From assembly GCA_964234715.1 (NCBI GenBank), contig OZ174289.1: a stretch of 64,000 nucleotides of DNA; one strand, given 5' to 3'. Positions 51,121-63,123 of this stretch are shown one piece after another. The number at the start of each line of letters is the position of its first letter. The stretch's first letter is position 1. The notes below the pieces were generated by a model that was given only the letters and a program-made list of their open reading frames with translations, had not been told where the DNA came from and ran no database searches. A program made the position numbers and the translations under genes. The DNA comes from Podarcis melisellensis (taxonomy: Eukaryota).

Positions 51121-54100
51121 TTAGCTCTGCTTAGGACTACATATTCAGAACCATCAGTTTTTGTAGGTTTCACAAATAGAGCAGCTGTGATAGATCAAAA
51201 TGAATGACACTTCCATGCCTGTATCTTTAATGTGGAAGATTCTTGAATCTTTGTACATACTGCTTCTTTAGATAAGTCTGTTGAAAACCTTGGTATTATC
51301 AGCAGAGTAGTGGAAAAACATCAACTATTGTGCCAAAAAAGTTCTGGCAAACCAATGCTGGAAATGTGTCACGGTGCCTTGCATGAGGAACTACTGATAA
51401 AGCAGAGTCCCAGTTCCCCTCCCTCCCAGATAGTTTGTGATAGTAACTCTAGATTTTATGCATAAAAGCCCACCCCGTGGATCCATTGCTGAAAAAGCTA
51501 AAAGGTTCAGTCAGTACTCCGTTTGGGGAGAGAGAGGAGATTGCTTGTTTTCTTCTTCTTCCGAGTTGCCTGCTATCTGCCTGGCTTTGCTTAAGCTACT
51601 ACGAAGCCTATCCGACTACCCTAAAACTGGTGACTGAAATTTTATTGACTCAATATGTTAAAAAATGTTTCATGGCTGGGTGGGCTACAGTTATGCTATT
51701 TACCTTGATTGCTTTGGCAGTTTTGTTAAATATTGGACCTGGAAAGGGGACCAGTTATCTTGTGATTTTATAGGCTATGTGACTTCATTGCTCAGTTCAG
51801 TCTTTTTACATTTTATTTTAGGTATTGGCACTTTGCTTTTTTTATTGACTATGGCATAGTCATGATTTATTATAGTTATTGAGAGTGAATTTTCATTTAA
51901 TTATTATTTGGTGGTATTTTGAAAGTTAATTTTAGTATGTATTATTATATCCTGTATGGATTATTGAATATTCCTTTTTTATATAAGTTGTTCATTTTAA
52001 AGTCAATTTTAAATATGACTTAATTGCATTAGATCAGATTATTATGATTGTGATCTTTTGTATATTTTGTATTTGTATAATTTGTTGTTTCTACAGCTTA
52101 TAAATTGCTGGAAGTAGTCACTAGGCGTATGGGGGCAAGGTGCCATGTACTCTGATTACACTGAATTCAATGGGACTTGCTACTTCATAGGGATGTATAG
52201 GATTGTGTGTCAGTCAGTTTAAGGCATAGCACCTCAGAATGTTCTATCTATCCCTTGAAAACACATAAGTCAATTGTAAGTTCTTTGTGGAGGACACTTA
52301 AACACAAAACAGGAGCTTTTGATCTCCTTTGTGTACAGGAGGGAGTAGGGGAGCATATACTGGGGGGGGGGGAGAAGTAGCAGGTATGGTGGCAGCATAT
52401 TTGGCTACCCCTCAGCAGCTATTTCCCAGATAGTACTGTGTTCCCTTAAACAGCTGTTGCAATTATCTTTCTCACTTCTTAGTCTGCTGCTAAAACAGAC
52501 AATTTGTGGTGCAGGGCTAAAAAAACAGTGTCTACCAATACATGTCATGATATAACCATTCAAAGCACCTTATCTTTCCCCTTTTATGGTTGTTTTGCCA
52601 AAGATCTGCTTCCACATATAATGGATGTGAAGTGGCCATTGAAAAGAAGTTTTTCAAAAGATTAATGTCAGTTTTGAAGAGGTTCCACAAGTACAGTTAT
52701 TTTTCCAGTTATGTTTCTCTGGCGAGGAAAGTGAGGAAAGGTGCCATTATGTTTAGTTTGCCCTTGTACTGATATTCAGTAGAATGTACAGTAAATAATA
52801 TGCTTTTAATATAGGGAGATACATTTGCATTAGCAGAATTCATTCTTACCACGCTTCCTCTTGACTCCAGTGACTTGCTTTGATTTTGCAGAGTGTGCCT
52901 TCTTTTTCTCTATTGGAGAAAGAATGAATAAAGATTTATACTTTGAAATGAAACAGTTATTTGATTTGGCTTTTTAACAGTGTGGATGAACAGTTCATTT
53001 TAAAAAAAGAATAATGAACAGCTGAGTAAATATAAAATATGCAAATGTTCTGAGTTCCTAAATAGGTCTTTGTTTCTTAATACCTCAGAGCATACAAGAA
53101 AGAAAATAATACAAAAAAGGGTTGGGAGAAATACTCTGGAAATACATTTGGAACTTCTTGCATGAGGCCCTTCTCATGCATTTCAGTCATCAGCCATAGA
53201 ATCCGGAATGCTTTATTCACATACAGATCACTGCATAGCTTTTGGGGCCAACCTTCAGATTCCGTTTTTGAACAGAGATGCTGCACACTATTGTGCAGCA
53301 TTAGCCATGCTCAGGTACCATGATAAGCCATAGTTCCTACAGTGTCAAGGATGGGGAACCTCTGGCCCTGCAGCAGTTGTTGTACTTCAGTTCTCATCAT
53401 CACCAGCCAACATGGCTAAATAAACGGTCAGGGCTAATGAGAGTGGGAGTCCAACAGTGTCTGAATGACCACAAGTTCCCCATCCCTGCATTATGTGAAC
53501 AAATCGTTTTAAGCTGTGGGCTGTTACACTCAGTCTTTTCTTTTTCACCCACAAGGAAAAAAGCAGAAGCGCACCCCCCCTTCTCTGTTTAAACTAATTA
53601 CATGGTTTCGAAAGATGTCCTAACTGGTTTGCCTTAATTATGGTTAGTGAGAACAAGCCAGGACCAATCTGTGGTTTCAGATCCCTGCTTATTCTGAATT
53701 TGAATTTAAACAAACAACGCATAGTTATTACCAATCCCCTTTTAAAGCCGGCAATGTTAGTGACCATCATCACATCCTGTGGTAACAAATTACATAGTCA
53801 AATGATGTGTTGCCTGTCTTGAATCTCTCGTCATTCAGTTTCATTAAATGATTCCAGGTTCTAGTACTATGAGTGAGGGGATAGTTTTATAAACTTATAT
53901 CTTGTTCTCCACTATTCACTTTTTTCTAAATTAAAAAGACTACAGTGTTGTAACCTTTCACCTTAGTGGAGTTGCTCATTTTGGTTGTCCTTTTCTGCTC
54001 CTTTTCCAACTACACAGTATCTTTTCTGAGGTGTGGTGACCAGAAATGTGCATGGTATTGTGGTTGGTCTGGGGTAGTAGGATTATTCAGTACACCCATA

Positions 54101-54870
54101 TTCTCTTTAGGCATTCTTTCAGTGTGTGAAGATGAACTTTCTTTGTTTTCCCTGGTTTGTGAGTACAGTTTCTTATTCACAACAGCCACTGTGACAAGCA
54201 GCTATCTGACAGGGCATTAACTTGAAACAGTGAATTTACTGTGTGGGTGGTGTTGGTATAATTGCCATCACTGGCCCAGTTCATATGCCACATTAAACCA
54301 TATTTAAGACTATAAACTGTTTAATATGAATGAGCAGCGTGCTGCTCAGAATTACAGAATCATAGGATTGTGGAGTTGGAAGGAACTCTGAAGGTCATCT
54401 AGTCCAACCCTCTGCAATGCAAGAATCTAAGTGTGCTCCCAGTGTGCTCCTCTGCAGATGAAACAAGCCAGAGTCTTGATATGTTTGTGTTTCTTTCCCT
54501 GAAACAAAATATGACTGTTAACCAATGTTAGTTTTAAGTTAAACTTTAATGTGATGTGCAAACCACGCCTCTGTATTAAATGCATTTATTTTGGAGAGTG
54601 AGGGTAAGGGAATTCAATTTACTTGGAAGTAATACAAACCCTATTGTATTCAAATTATCTAAAAATGTGTTTTGTAAGATTCATAATTATTTTGCATTAG
54701 TCAGTAAAATCTAATTATGCATGTTGTGTATTTTCATAATGCAGGGACATATTACTGGCTTGGGGTATATCACAGATCAAACCCAGCCTAGTGATGTCAA
54801 CAAGATGCAGTGGCGTACAACCTCTGGGCTACTTTGGCCATAAGAGAAATCTGGCCAGAAGGTGAACGTG

Positions 54871-55466
54871 ATGACGGCCTGGTCTATGGTGGAAAGGCTG
54901 AAAATGGAGAAGAGCCGCTCCCAAGAAGAGAGAACTAAAGAGCAAGATGGTGGGGATCGTAGCACCGAATCTGAGGAATGGACAAGCTCTGAGAGTGAAC
55001 CTGAGCAGCCTGGCTTCAGGAATAGCTGCAGCAAGGCACAGTTGAGGGATAAAGAGATTTCCCACAAACCACATCGACAACTTTGCCGCTCTCCTTGCTT
55101 GGATCGTCCGAGTTTTTCACAGAGTAGCCTCCTTCAGGATTTGAAACCAGAAGAGAATAAAGCAAACTTGAGTCAAGAATATCAATCTAAACTTGATTTT
55201 GCTTTGAAACTGGGGTATCCTGGAGATCAGATTCAAGCTGTGTTGAACAAGCTGGGGGCAGATGCTCTTACCAATGACATTTTGGCTGAGCTTGTGAGAC
55301 TTGGAAACAAGGTTGAGAATGAAGGACAAGCAAGTAGTGGAAATGCCACAGGTCCTGCAGGTACAAAGGAGGTTGCTAGTCCTGAGCTGTCTCTGGAAGA
55401 TGAGGTGGTAGACAGCTCTGACAACTTGAGGCCAATCGTTATTGATGGAAGTAATGTGGCAATGAG
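54871..55466 (+). CDS. ZC3H12B: ZC3H12B (Regnase-2/MCPIP2) coding exon 1: N-terminus, UBA-like region, start of PIN domain (LRPIVIDGSNVAM)
   Basis: ORF 54862..55569 contains KPHRQLCRSPCLDRPSFSQSS, FALKLGY and IDGSNVAM. Donor AG|GTAC; likely exon acceptor at 54744/54745. Confidence 0.95.
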
Positions 55467-56358
55467 GTACTATAGTAGTAATAGAATACTTCTAAGAAAT
55501 GCACTAATTATGCTGCATATGTATTTGTTTGTTTTATTTCATATACACACTCTGCTTTTCTGTTATTAAAAACAACATCCAGTTAAAAATGATAGCATAA
55601 TAGATTTTAAAAGGCAGTATCTGTAACTCAACTGAGATAGCCCTTTTAATCAACCATGGGAGCTCAAAGACCTGTTGAAGAAGATGAGCCTTAAGTCTAC
55701 ACACTTGTATTTAAAAACTAAAAATTGAGCTGTTTAATAGATTTTAGGGCTGTAGTCCTGTATATGTTTCTCAGAGAATTCAGTGGGGCTCCATCTGAGT
55801 AGACATACATAGGACTGTACCGTTCATCTTGTACAGTGTATCACAGAACAGAAAATCTTTCCTTTTACTTGAGTAATTAAAGTCCAATGGAATTTAAAGG
55901 CCTATTCTTATAGGTAAGAATGGAATCACTTTAGTAAATTCTCAAGGCATTATTCACTCTCTGAAATACATGTCTGAAAAGCAGTTCAAAATTTACAGAC
56001 AATTTGCTGAGCACAAGAGTTGTAGCAGGGATGGTTACAACCCATTGAAATAAAATTGTGTCTTTCTAAAGTGGATACTAAACTTCCAGAAAAGGTTTCT
56101 TTCCCTGTATAAGTCTGCTTAGTGCTATTTGCTAAACTACATTTTAGTCCCATCCATATTCCAAAGAGCTCAGGGTGGTGTACATAGTCTGATGTGAGGT
56201 AGGTTAACCTGAGAGACAGTGAATGGCTTTAACTGAGATTTTCCTAGTCTTAGTCCAACACTCTGCCTCACTACATAACACTACACTCTCTGGCTTTATG
56301 TATTTTAGAAAAAAACAAATCTCATTGCAGTACTTATGACCAGTACTTGCTAAACTAA

Positions 56359-56745
<387 letters not shown>

Positions 56746-57373
56746 TAGTTACTAGCCTTCAGAAGTGTTAACAATCTTACTGAGGGATGACAAAGGAGCA
56801 AAAGTCTATGGCATTTCTGTGCTGGGAGTAGAGGAGTAGCCTACTTAGTTTCTGTTCTGGGCATGGATGGGAGGGCTTGAGTGCTCCATTCCTCCTCTGC
56901 AATTCCACTTCACCTGCATGCATTTTCCCCTCACCTGTGTCTACAAGGTCTTTCCATACAAGGCAGCTTTACAGTTTTTTGTTGCATAGACTGAACCATA
57001 ATATAAAATGTCATGGTGTATAAACTGAAGCAAGCTTAACTGTGAGATTATTCCCCAGAAGGGAGACTCTTCAGCCTTGTGCCCCAAGGTGTTGCTGGAG
57101 TAAAACTCCCATCATGTCCAGCCATCTCCATCAATGACTAGGAATGATGTGAGTTGCAGTCCAAAAATATCTGGGGACCCAAATTTGAAGTCCACTGTTA
57201 CAGAGCAAAGCACTGGCACACCAACTTTTATGCTCTTGGGGAGTGTGCAAACACTTCTTCTTGTACAATTCTTGAAGAATATCTCAGATACTGAGATAAA
57301 CATAGAGAGCAAGCATATTTCTATATAAGGGACTTTGCTATTAACAGTTTCTTATATAACCCTGGTTTTTCAG

Positions 57374-57608
57374 ATCAAGATATTTTACACAAACTGGAAA
57401 AGGAAAAAATTCTTGTTTTCACCCCATCTCGAAGAGTTCAAGGGAGACGGGTTGTCTGTTACGATGACCGTTTCATAGTGAAACTGGCGTGTGAGTCTGA
57501 TGGCATCATTGTGTCAAATGACAATTACCGTGACCTTCAAAATGAAAAGCCAGAATGGAAGAAATTTGTAGAGGAACGGCTCCTGATGTATTCTTTTGTG
57601 AATGATAA
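57374..57608 (+). CDS. ZC3H12B: ZC3H12B coding exon 3 ([77 protein letters not shown])
   Basis: CAG|AT acceptor and AA|GTAGGT donor; 235 nt. The catalytic YDD and SNDNYRD aspartate motifs are intact. Confidence 0.96.
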
Positions 57609-58061
57609 GTAGGTTTCTTTATTTACAAGTAGAATAGTAATGCTTAATGTTTATTTGGTGAGATTTGAGTATTTGACGTCGTCTACATTTTCATAGATCC
57701 TTAAACAGAAGCTGCCTGGTAGGGCAATGTAAGACCATTAGTGACTCCCTTTTGTTATTCTCTTTTAAACTAGAATGCCACACACCTATTTCATTTTTAT
57801 GCACAGAGAAGGGACTCCAGTCCCCTATTGATTTTGATTGGCCTTTCTCCACTGTTTCCTACTCTACAGTTTCCTTTTTGAGATGGGGTGGGGGGAGCTG
57901 ATAGAGATTAGCTTACCTTCAGGCACCTGCCAAGCTCATAGCTATGACCAGGTTCAGACTGGGTATTTCCCAGCCCATTCCTAACCATTGTATTGTTACC
58001 AGTCTACCATGTTAGGTAAATTTAATACTAGCAGGTGAAACTGGTCTCTTGGTTTTTCCAG

Positions 58062-58168
58062 GTTTATGCCACCAGACGACCCATTAGGCCGCCATGGCCC
58101 CAGCCTTGAAAATTTCTTAAGGAAAAGGCCTGTTGTTCCTGAACACAAAAAGCAACCTTGTCCTTACG
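58062..58168 (+). CDS. ZC3H12B: ZC3H12B coding exon 4 ([35 protein letters not shown])
   Basis: CCAG|G acceptor and ACG|GTGAGT donor; 107 nt. Confidence 0.96.
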
Positions 58169-58659
58169 GTGAGTGTGTCACACTTGACTATTTCGGGAGT
58201 CAGAATAATAAAATTAGTAACCTTGATAAAAAGCAAAAAATCATAGTGGGTTGTCTGATGTGTTTTCTGTATTGGAAACCACGTAAGAAGCTTGAGTGGG
58301 ACAGAAAGGTGTAGCATGCTTCTAGAAGTGTGGGGAAATCAGATTTTGTTTGGGTCTGCTGAGTGCACTGCTGAGTTAAAAAAAAAGCTTTCATGGTTAA
58401 ACCAAAGACATGGTATTAAGTAGGTAACTGGCTCTTGCTTGCTTGATCTTGGCATTGCGTACGTGTGGCTGGGAGCAGGGTGGGGAGGAAAGAGGAGGAC
58501 TCAGAGAGGAACTGCAGTTTGGGCAAAGATTTAATTTCCTCTTACCTCTATGCCACATGTGACCCAGAACCATCCTTCCCTTCTCTTGCACTTGCAGAAA
58601 CTAAGAATGGAAGGGCCGATCATGTGTTTAATGTCACATCTTGGCTCTGTTATTTAGAG

Positions 58660-58782
58660 CAGTGGTTCCCAATCCGTAGACCACAATCACATAATGAAAA
58701 CTACCATAGATGTATCAACATTTTCAAAAGTAGGGGGTCTATGGCTTGGCTTTTGCAGTACTTAGCTAATTGTGAACCACTG
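58660..58782. mobile_element. hAT MITE in ZC3H12B last intron
   Basis: CAGTGGTTCCCAA / TTGTGAACCACTG TIRs; perfect TSD ATTTAGAG (58652-58659, 58783-58790). Confidence 0.85.
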
Positions 58783-59940
58783 ATTTAGAGGGATGTTTAC
58801 ATGCGTTAGCATTTCTGGGGAAAGTCTGGAAGAAAATACAGCTGGAACTTAATTCGGTGTTTGGAAATATTTTCAAAGCTCTCCTGTGCTCAAAAAGTCA
58901 TTTAACTAATCGAGTATTAAGGCCACAGAGAGTCAATTAACAGCTGTAAACCACCCTTGATTTTTTTTTAATTGAAGGGCAGTATTTGTTAAATAAAGTT
59001 TTAAAACCCAGTTAGATATTTGACAATTAAACCTCTCCCTCCCCTTGTTCATTTTCAAGCTCCCAGCACATCCACAGTCAGCACATCCATTCTGTTAAAT
59101 TCCTAATGAGTAACACTATGTGGTCTTGGCTGAGAGACTTTTACTGCACAGTCTACACAGTCTAATGTGCATGTCTACTCAAAACCAAGTCCCACTGAGT
59201 TCAATGGCAATTACTCCCTGTTGTGCATAGACCTGTAGCCTAAGGGAGTTACATATTCACACTTGCATTTCACTTTCATAACACCTTTGTGTCAAACGTT
59301 AAGCGGAGAAATGGTGACCTAAAGGCACATCATGCACACGTTTTAAAATATGATAATGCATGAAGCTGACTGTTTAAAAATAAAATCAGGGATCATGTGG
59401 AAGATCTTGGAGAGTTGCTGCCAATCATAGCAGACAGTGTTAGGCTTGATAGATTAATGGCCCTAATCTGTATATGGTGATTCCCTGTGCTTCTCTGAGT
59501 GGGAATTTAAACCTGAGTTTTTATTACACTCACACCAGTACCTGCTCTTGCTACCTTCAGGGAGGTTTATATCACTTAAGTAAGATAAATAGATACAGTG
59601 ACTGGATTGTAGAACATATATAGCACATATTTGGGTCTGCTAACAAAGGAAATGTGATGGCTGTTAATAGTTCATTCTAGCATTGACTGTTACAATGCAT
59701 TTAAAGGACCTTGGGTTGTATCCATCTATGTCATGTTCCAAACTGACTCATTGAAATCAATGAACAAGTTAAGAATTGTATCGAACTAAGTTTTATTCAT
59801 AGTAGATGCACTGAAATTAATGGACCCAAATTAATCATTTTCATTAATTACAATGGCTTACTTTGACCAGGGCTAGCTAGCATTGGCTATAACCCTTACT
59901 CATTACTAACTTGAGTCCATTGAGTTCAGTGGGTCTAGTC

Positions 59941-60076
59941 CAGGCATTCCCAAACTTTGCCTTCCAGCTGTTTTGGGACTACAATTCCCATTATCCCTGA
60001 CCACTGGTCCTGTTATCTAGGAATGATGGGAGTTGTAGTCCCAAAACAGCTGGAGGGCCGAGTTTGGGGATGCCTG
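59941..60076. mobile_element. Palindromic hAT-type MITE; older copies at ~11182, ~15297, ~23820, ~27550, ~41130, ~45510, ~53345, ~57070
   Basis: CAGGCATTCCCAAACT ... AGTTTGGGGATGCCTG with inner arms CCAGCTGTTTTGGGACTACAA / TTGTAGTCCCAAAACAGCTGG; TSD GTCTAGTC / GGCTAGTC. Confidence 0.88.
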
Positions 60077-60171
60077 GGCTAGTCTAAGTATGACTCTGAC
60101 ACAACCTCCTGTGCTTAGCTAGATATTGCTTGCAAAGACCATGCCTAATATGGGAGATTTTTCCCCAACAG

Positions 60172-61592
60172 GGAAGAAATGCACCTATGGACACAAGTGT
60201 AAATATTACCACCCGGAACGAGCAAACCAGCCCCTGAGATCCGTAGCTGATGAGCTTCGCATCAGTGCCAAATTATCCGCTGTGAAAACGATGAGTGAAG
60301 GAGCACTGGCTAAATGTGGCACAGGAGCAGCCCTTTCCAAAGGGGAAATAACTTCAGAAGTGAAGCGCATTGCTCCCAAACGTCAGTCAGATCCAAGCAT
60401 TCGGTCTGTTCCTGTGGAACCCGAAGATAGACTTTCAATGGTGCGGAAGTCTGAGGCTAATTCTGTCCCCTCCCTTGTTTCAGCATTAAGTGTCCCAACC
60501 ATTCCACCTTCCAAAAGTCACGCTGTTGGGGCATTAAATACCCGGTCAGCAAGCAGCCCTGTACCTGGTTCATCTCAATTCACACATCAGAAATCCTCAC
60601 TAGAACACATGGCCAGTGTACAATATCCTCCGATCCTGGTCACTAATAGCCATGGCTCTTCAATGAACTATGCAGATCAGTACCCAAAATATGAGTCTTT
60701 GGGGGACCATGGCTATTATTCAATGCTCAGTGACTTCTCCAATTTGAGTATTAGTAGCATGCATAGCACAGATTACTATGGGGCTGATGTAGACCAAAGT
60801 TTATACTCAAGAAATTCAAGCCCCTGTCCAGACAGTTGCTTAAGCCATACAAGCAATGATTCGTACTCCTCATATACAGACTTATATATGGGTCTGGGGG
60901 ATGGGAGCCCAGAAGACAGTGTGAAGGTTCACCGACTCCCACCTCAAAGCCGCCTTCAGCCTTTCTCCCATGGTTATCATGAGTCTTTAACAAGAGTTCA
61001 GAGCTATAGCCCTGAAGGGTCTAAACATATTCACAAGCATTCACTTTCCCATTTAGCACTGCACATCCAGCACCCAGTTGTTGGGGCTAGGTCCAGTTGC
61101 CCAGGGGACTACCCTGTGCCTCCAAGCGTTCACCCATCAGCCACTACCCAGCCAAGTCGTGCCCTCGTTATGACGAGAATGGATAGCGTTTCTGATTCGC
61201 GTCTTTATGAAAGCAATCCCACACGACAAAAAAGGCCACCTCTCTGTCGAGAGCAGCATGCCAGTTGGGATCCATTGCCATGTCCAACCGATACCTACCC
61301 TTACCATCCCTACCCACTGAGCAACAACCTCATGCAACCATCTTATGAGCCTGTAATGGTGAGAAGTGTGCCAGAGAAGATGGAGCAGATCTGGAGGAAT
61401 CCTTGGGTTGGAATCTGTGGTGACCCACAAGAACCACACATAATCCCAGAGCACCAGTATCAAACCTATAAGAATCTCTGTAATATTTTTCCAGCTAGCG
61501 TTGTCCTCTCGGTGATGGAGAAGAATCCCCACATGACAGACGCACAACAGTTGGCAGCTATGATTGTTGCCAAATTGAGAACAGGACGTTAA
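60172..61592 (+). CDS. ZC3H12B: ZC3H12B coding exon 5 (rest of CCCH finger [13 protein letters not shown], long low-complexity region, C-terminal domain ...[13 protein letters not shown])
   Basis: Within ORF 60126..61592. ACAG|GG acceptor; TAA at 61590-61592. The exons total 2499 nt (832 aa plus stop). Confidence 0.97.
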
Positions 61593-62396
61593 AAAAGAGC
61601 CTTCATTTTGAATTTCTAAAGTGAAATAATTGAAAATTCTGTACATTCTGGGGAAAAATGACAGGTGATATGCTCTATTTGTTAAAAGGTTTTAATTGCA
61701 GTATACAATTCTGTATATTATTGTAGTGATTATATTTAAAATATGCATGAAGCATTTTGGAAAAGCAGATTGTATAATAAATATGAGTATTTAATGATTT
61801 TTAAAGCAGGGATTTTTGAAAAAGGCATTTTACAGGAAGTGCATACCTTATGCATGGATGTATCATTTATTGAATCTAAAAAGGTCATATGTTGGTATGT
61901 CCAAAACAGGTCCTTCAAAACAGCAATTATATTGCATGACTCATTGTATAGTCTTCAGTATTAACTGACATATGTTGCTCCAACATAACATTGGGTTTTT
62001 ACAATAAACTCTGTGCACTTGGACATCCTCACAAGCAGAAGCCTGCTCTTCTTAAATATCCTTCACAGAACTACAATAAAACAAGCCCAGTCAGTTGACA
62101 TGCCTTGTGTTCACAGAGGGCTTTTGCACCTATCTAGTGACTCCAGCATGAGGAGGCTTTTGTGGGGAGGCTTAGTTCTCTGGGGAATACACTTTTTGTG
62201 CAGTGGAAATACCTTTTTGCACATGAGGAGCATTATCCAACCTTGAAGGGAATGGGGCTGGGGCTGGGGCGCAGTGAATGTTTCTCTTGGACCTTCTAGA
62301 TAGCTTGAGCTTCTGCCCTTTGGGAAAAAGAACATGGCCGGCTTGCAAACATGTTAATAATTCTCAGCTAAATACTGTTGTAATCTGCACTGTTAC

Positions 62397-63123
62397 CATA
62401 GGCGTGTACAACACATTTCACTAGGGTGTGCACCCAGGGATTTTAATTTTTAAGGTGAACATTTCTTGAATATATACTCATACTCAGTCACAAAGGACAT
62501 TATTTTTATCTATCAAACTAAGGAAACTAAAACTTAATTAAACTTACTTTTTTAAATCAACAACTAAACCCTCCTTTAAATATGCAAACGTAGAAAATGA
62601 GGCACAAAATACCAGATCTGTGGTGTAGTGATTACCAGGTGTATACAAAATACAGTCAGTTTTCATGATCTGTATAAGGAGCTAACCCAAATTGACCAAA
62701 GCAGATTAAGATTTTTTCATGTTCCTGTTGTGTAGAATGGGACATTGCCCACCAGATGTGAGTAACAGGTGGTGAGTGGAGCTCTGACAGAGACAGAGCT
62801 ATGAAACAGAAACAGATACAAGCAGAACGAAAAGGCTGGAATGGATATGCAACTTCTTCTTGTCCACTTCTAGAGACAAACACAGGCAGACACGGCCTAT
62901 ACATTCCAGTTTTATTCCAGCCTTTTAATCCTGCCTATGTCTCCCTTCATCTGCTTTCCTACTCTCCTCTCTTGTACCTTTGTCTCTCCCTGCCCCACTG
63001 CTTCCCTAGTGGCAGCTGAGGGAGCTGGGTTGCCACTCCGTACTCTATCCTCATCACAATCCAGTTTTGTTTTTTTTAAAGGTTCTGCTAAGCACACCAG
63101 CATTCCCTATGTGCACGCCTATG
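62397..63123. mobile_element. hAT-type non-autonomous element downstream of the ZC3H12B stop
   Basis: TIRs CATAGGCGTGTAC / GTGCACGCCTATG; degenerate 8-bp TSD ACTGTTAC / GCTTTTAC. Confidence 0.7.

Noticed and set aside
60126-60171. In-frame upstream extension [15 protein letters not shown] of the last ZC3H12B exon
   Set aside because: It is intronic. The canonical acceptor at 60171/60172 restores the CPYGKKC zinc finger with exon 4.
61137-61646. 169-aa minus-strand ORF
   Set aside because: Antisense shadow of ZC3H12B exon 5; no independent evidence.
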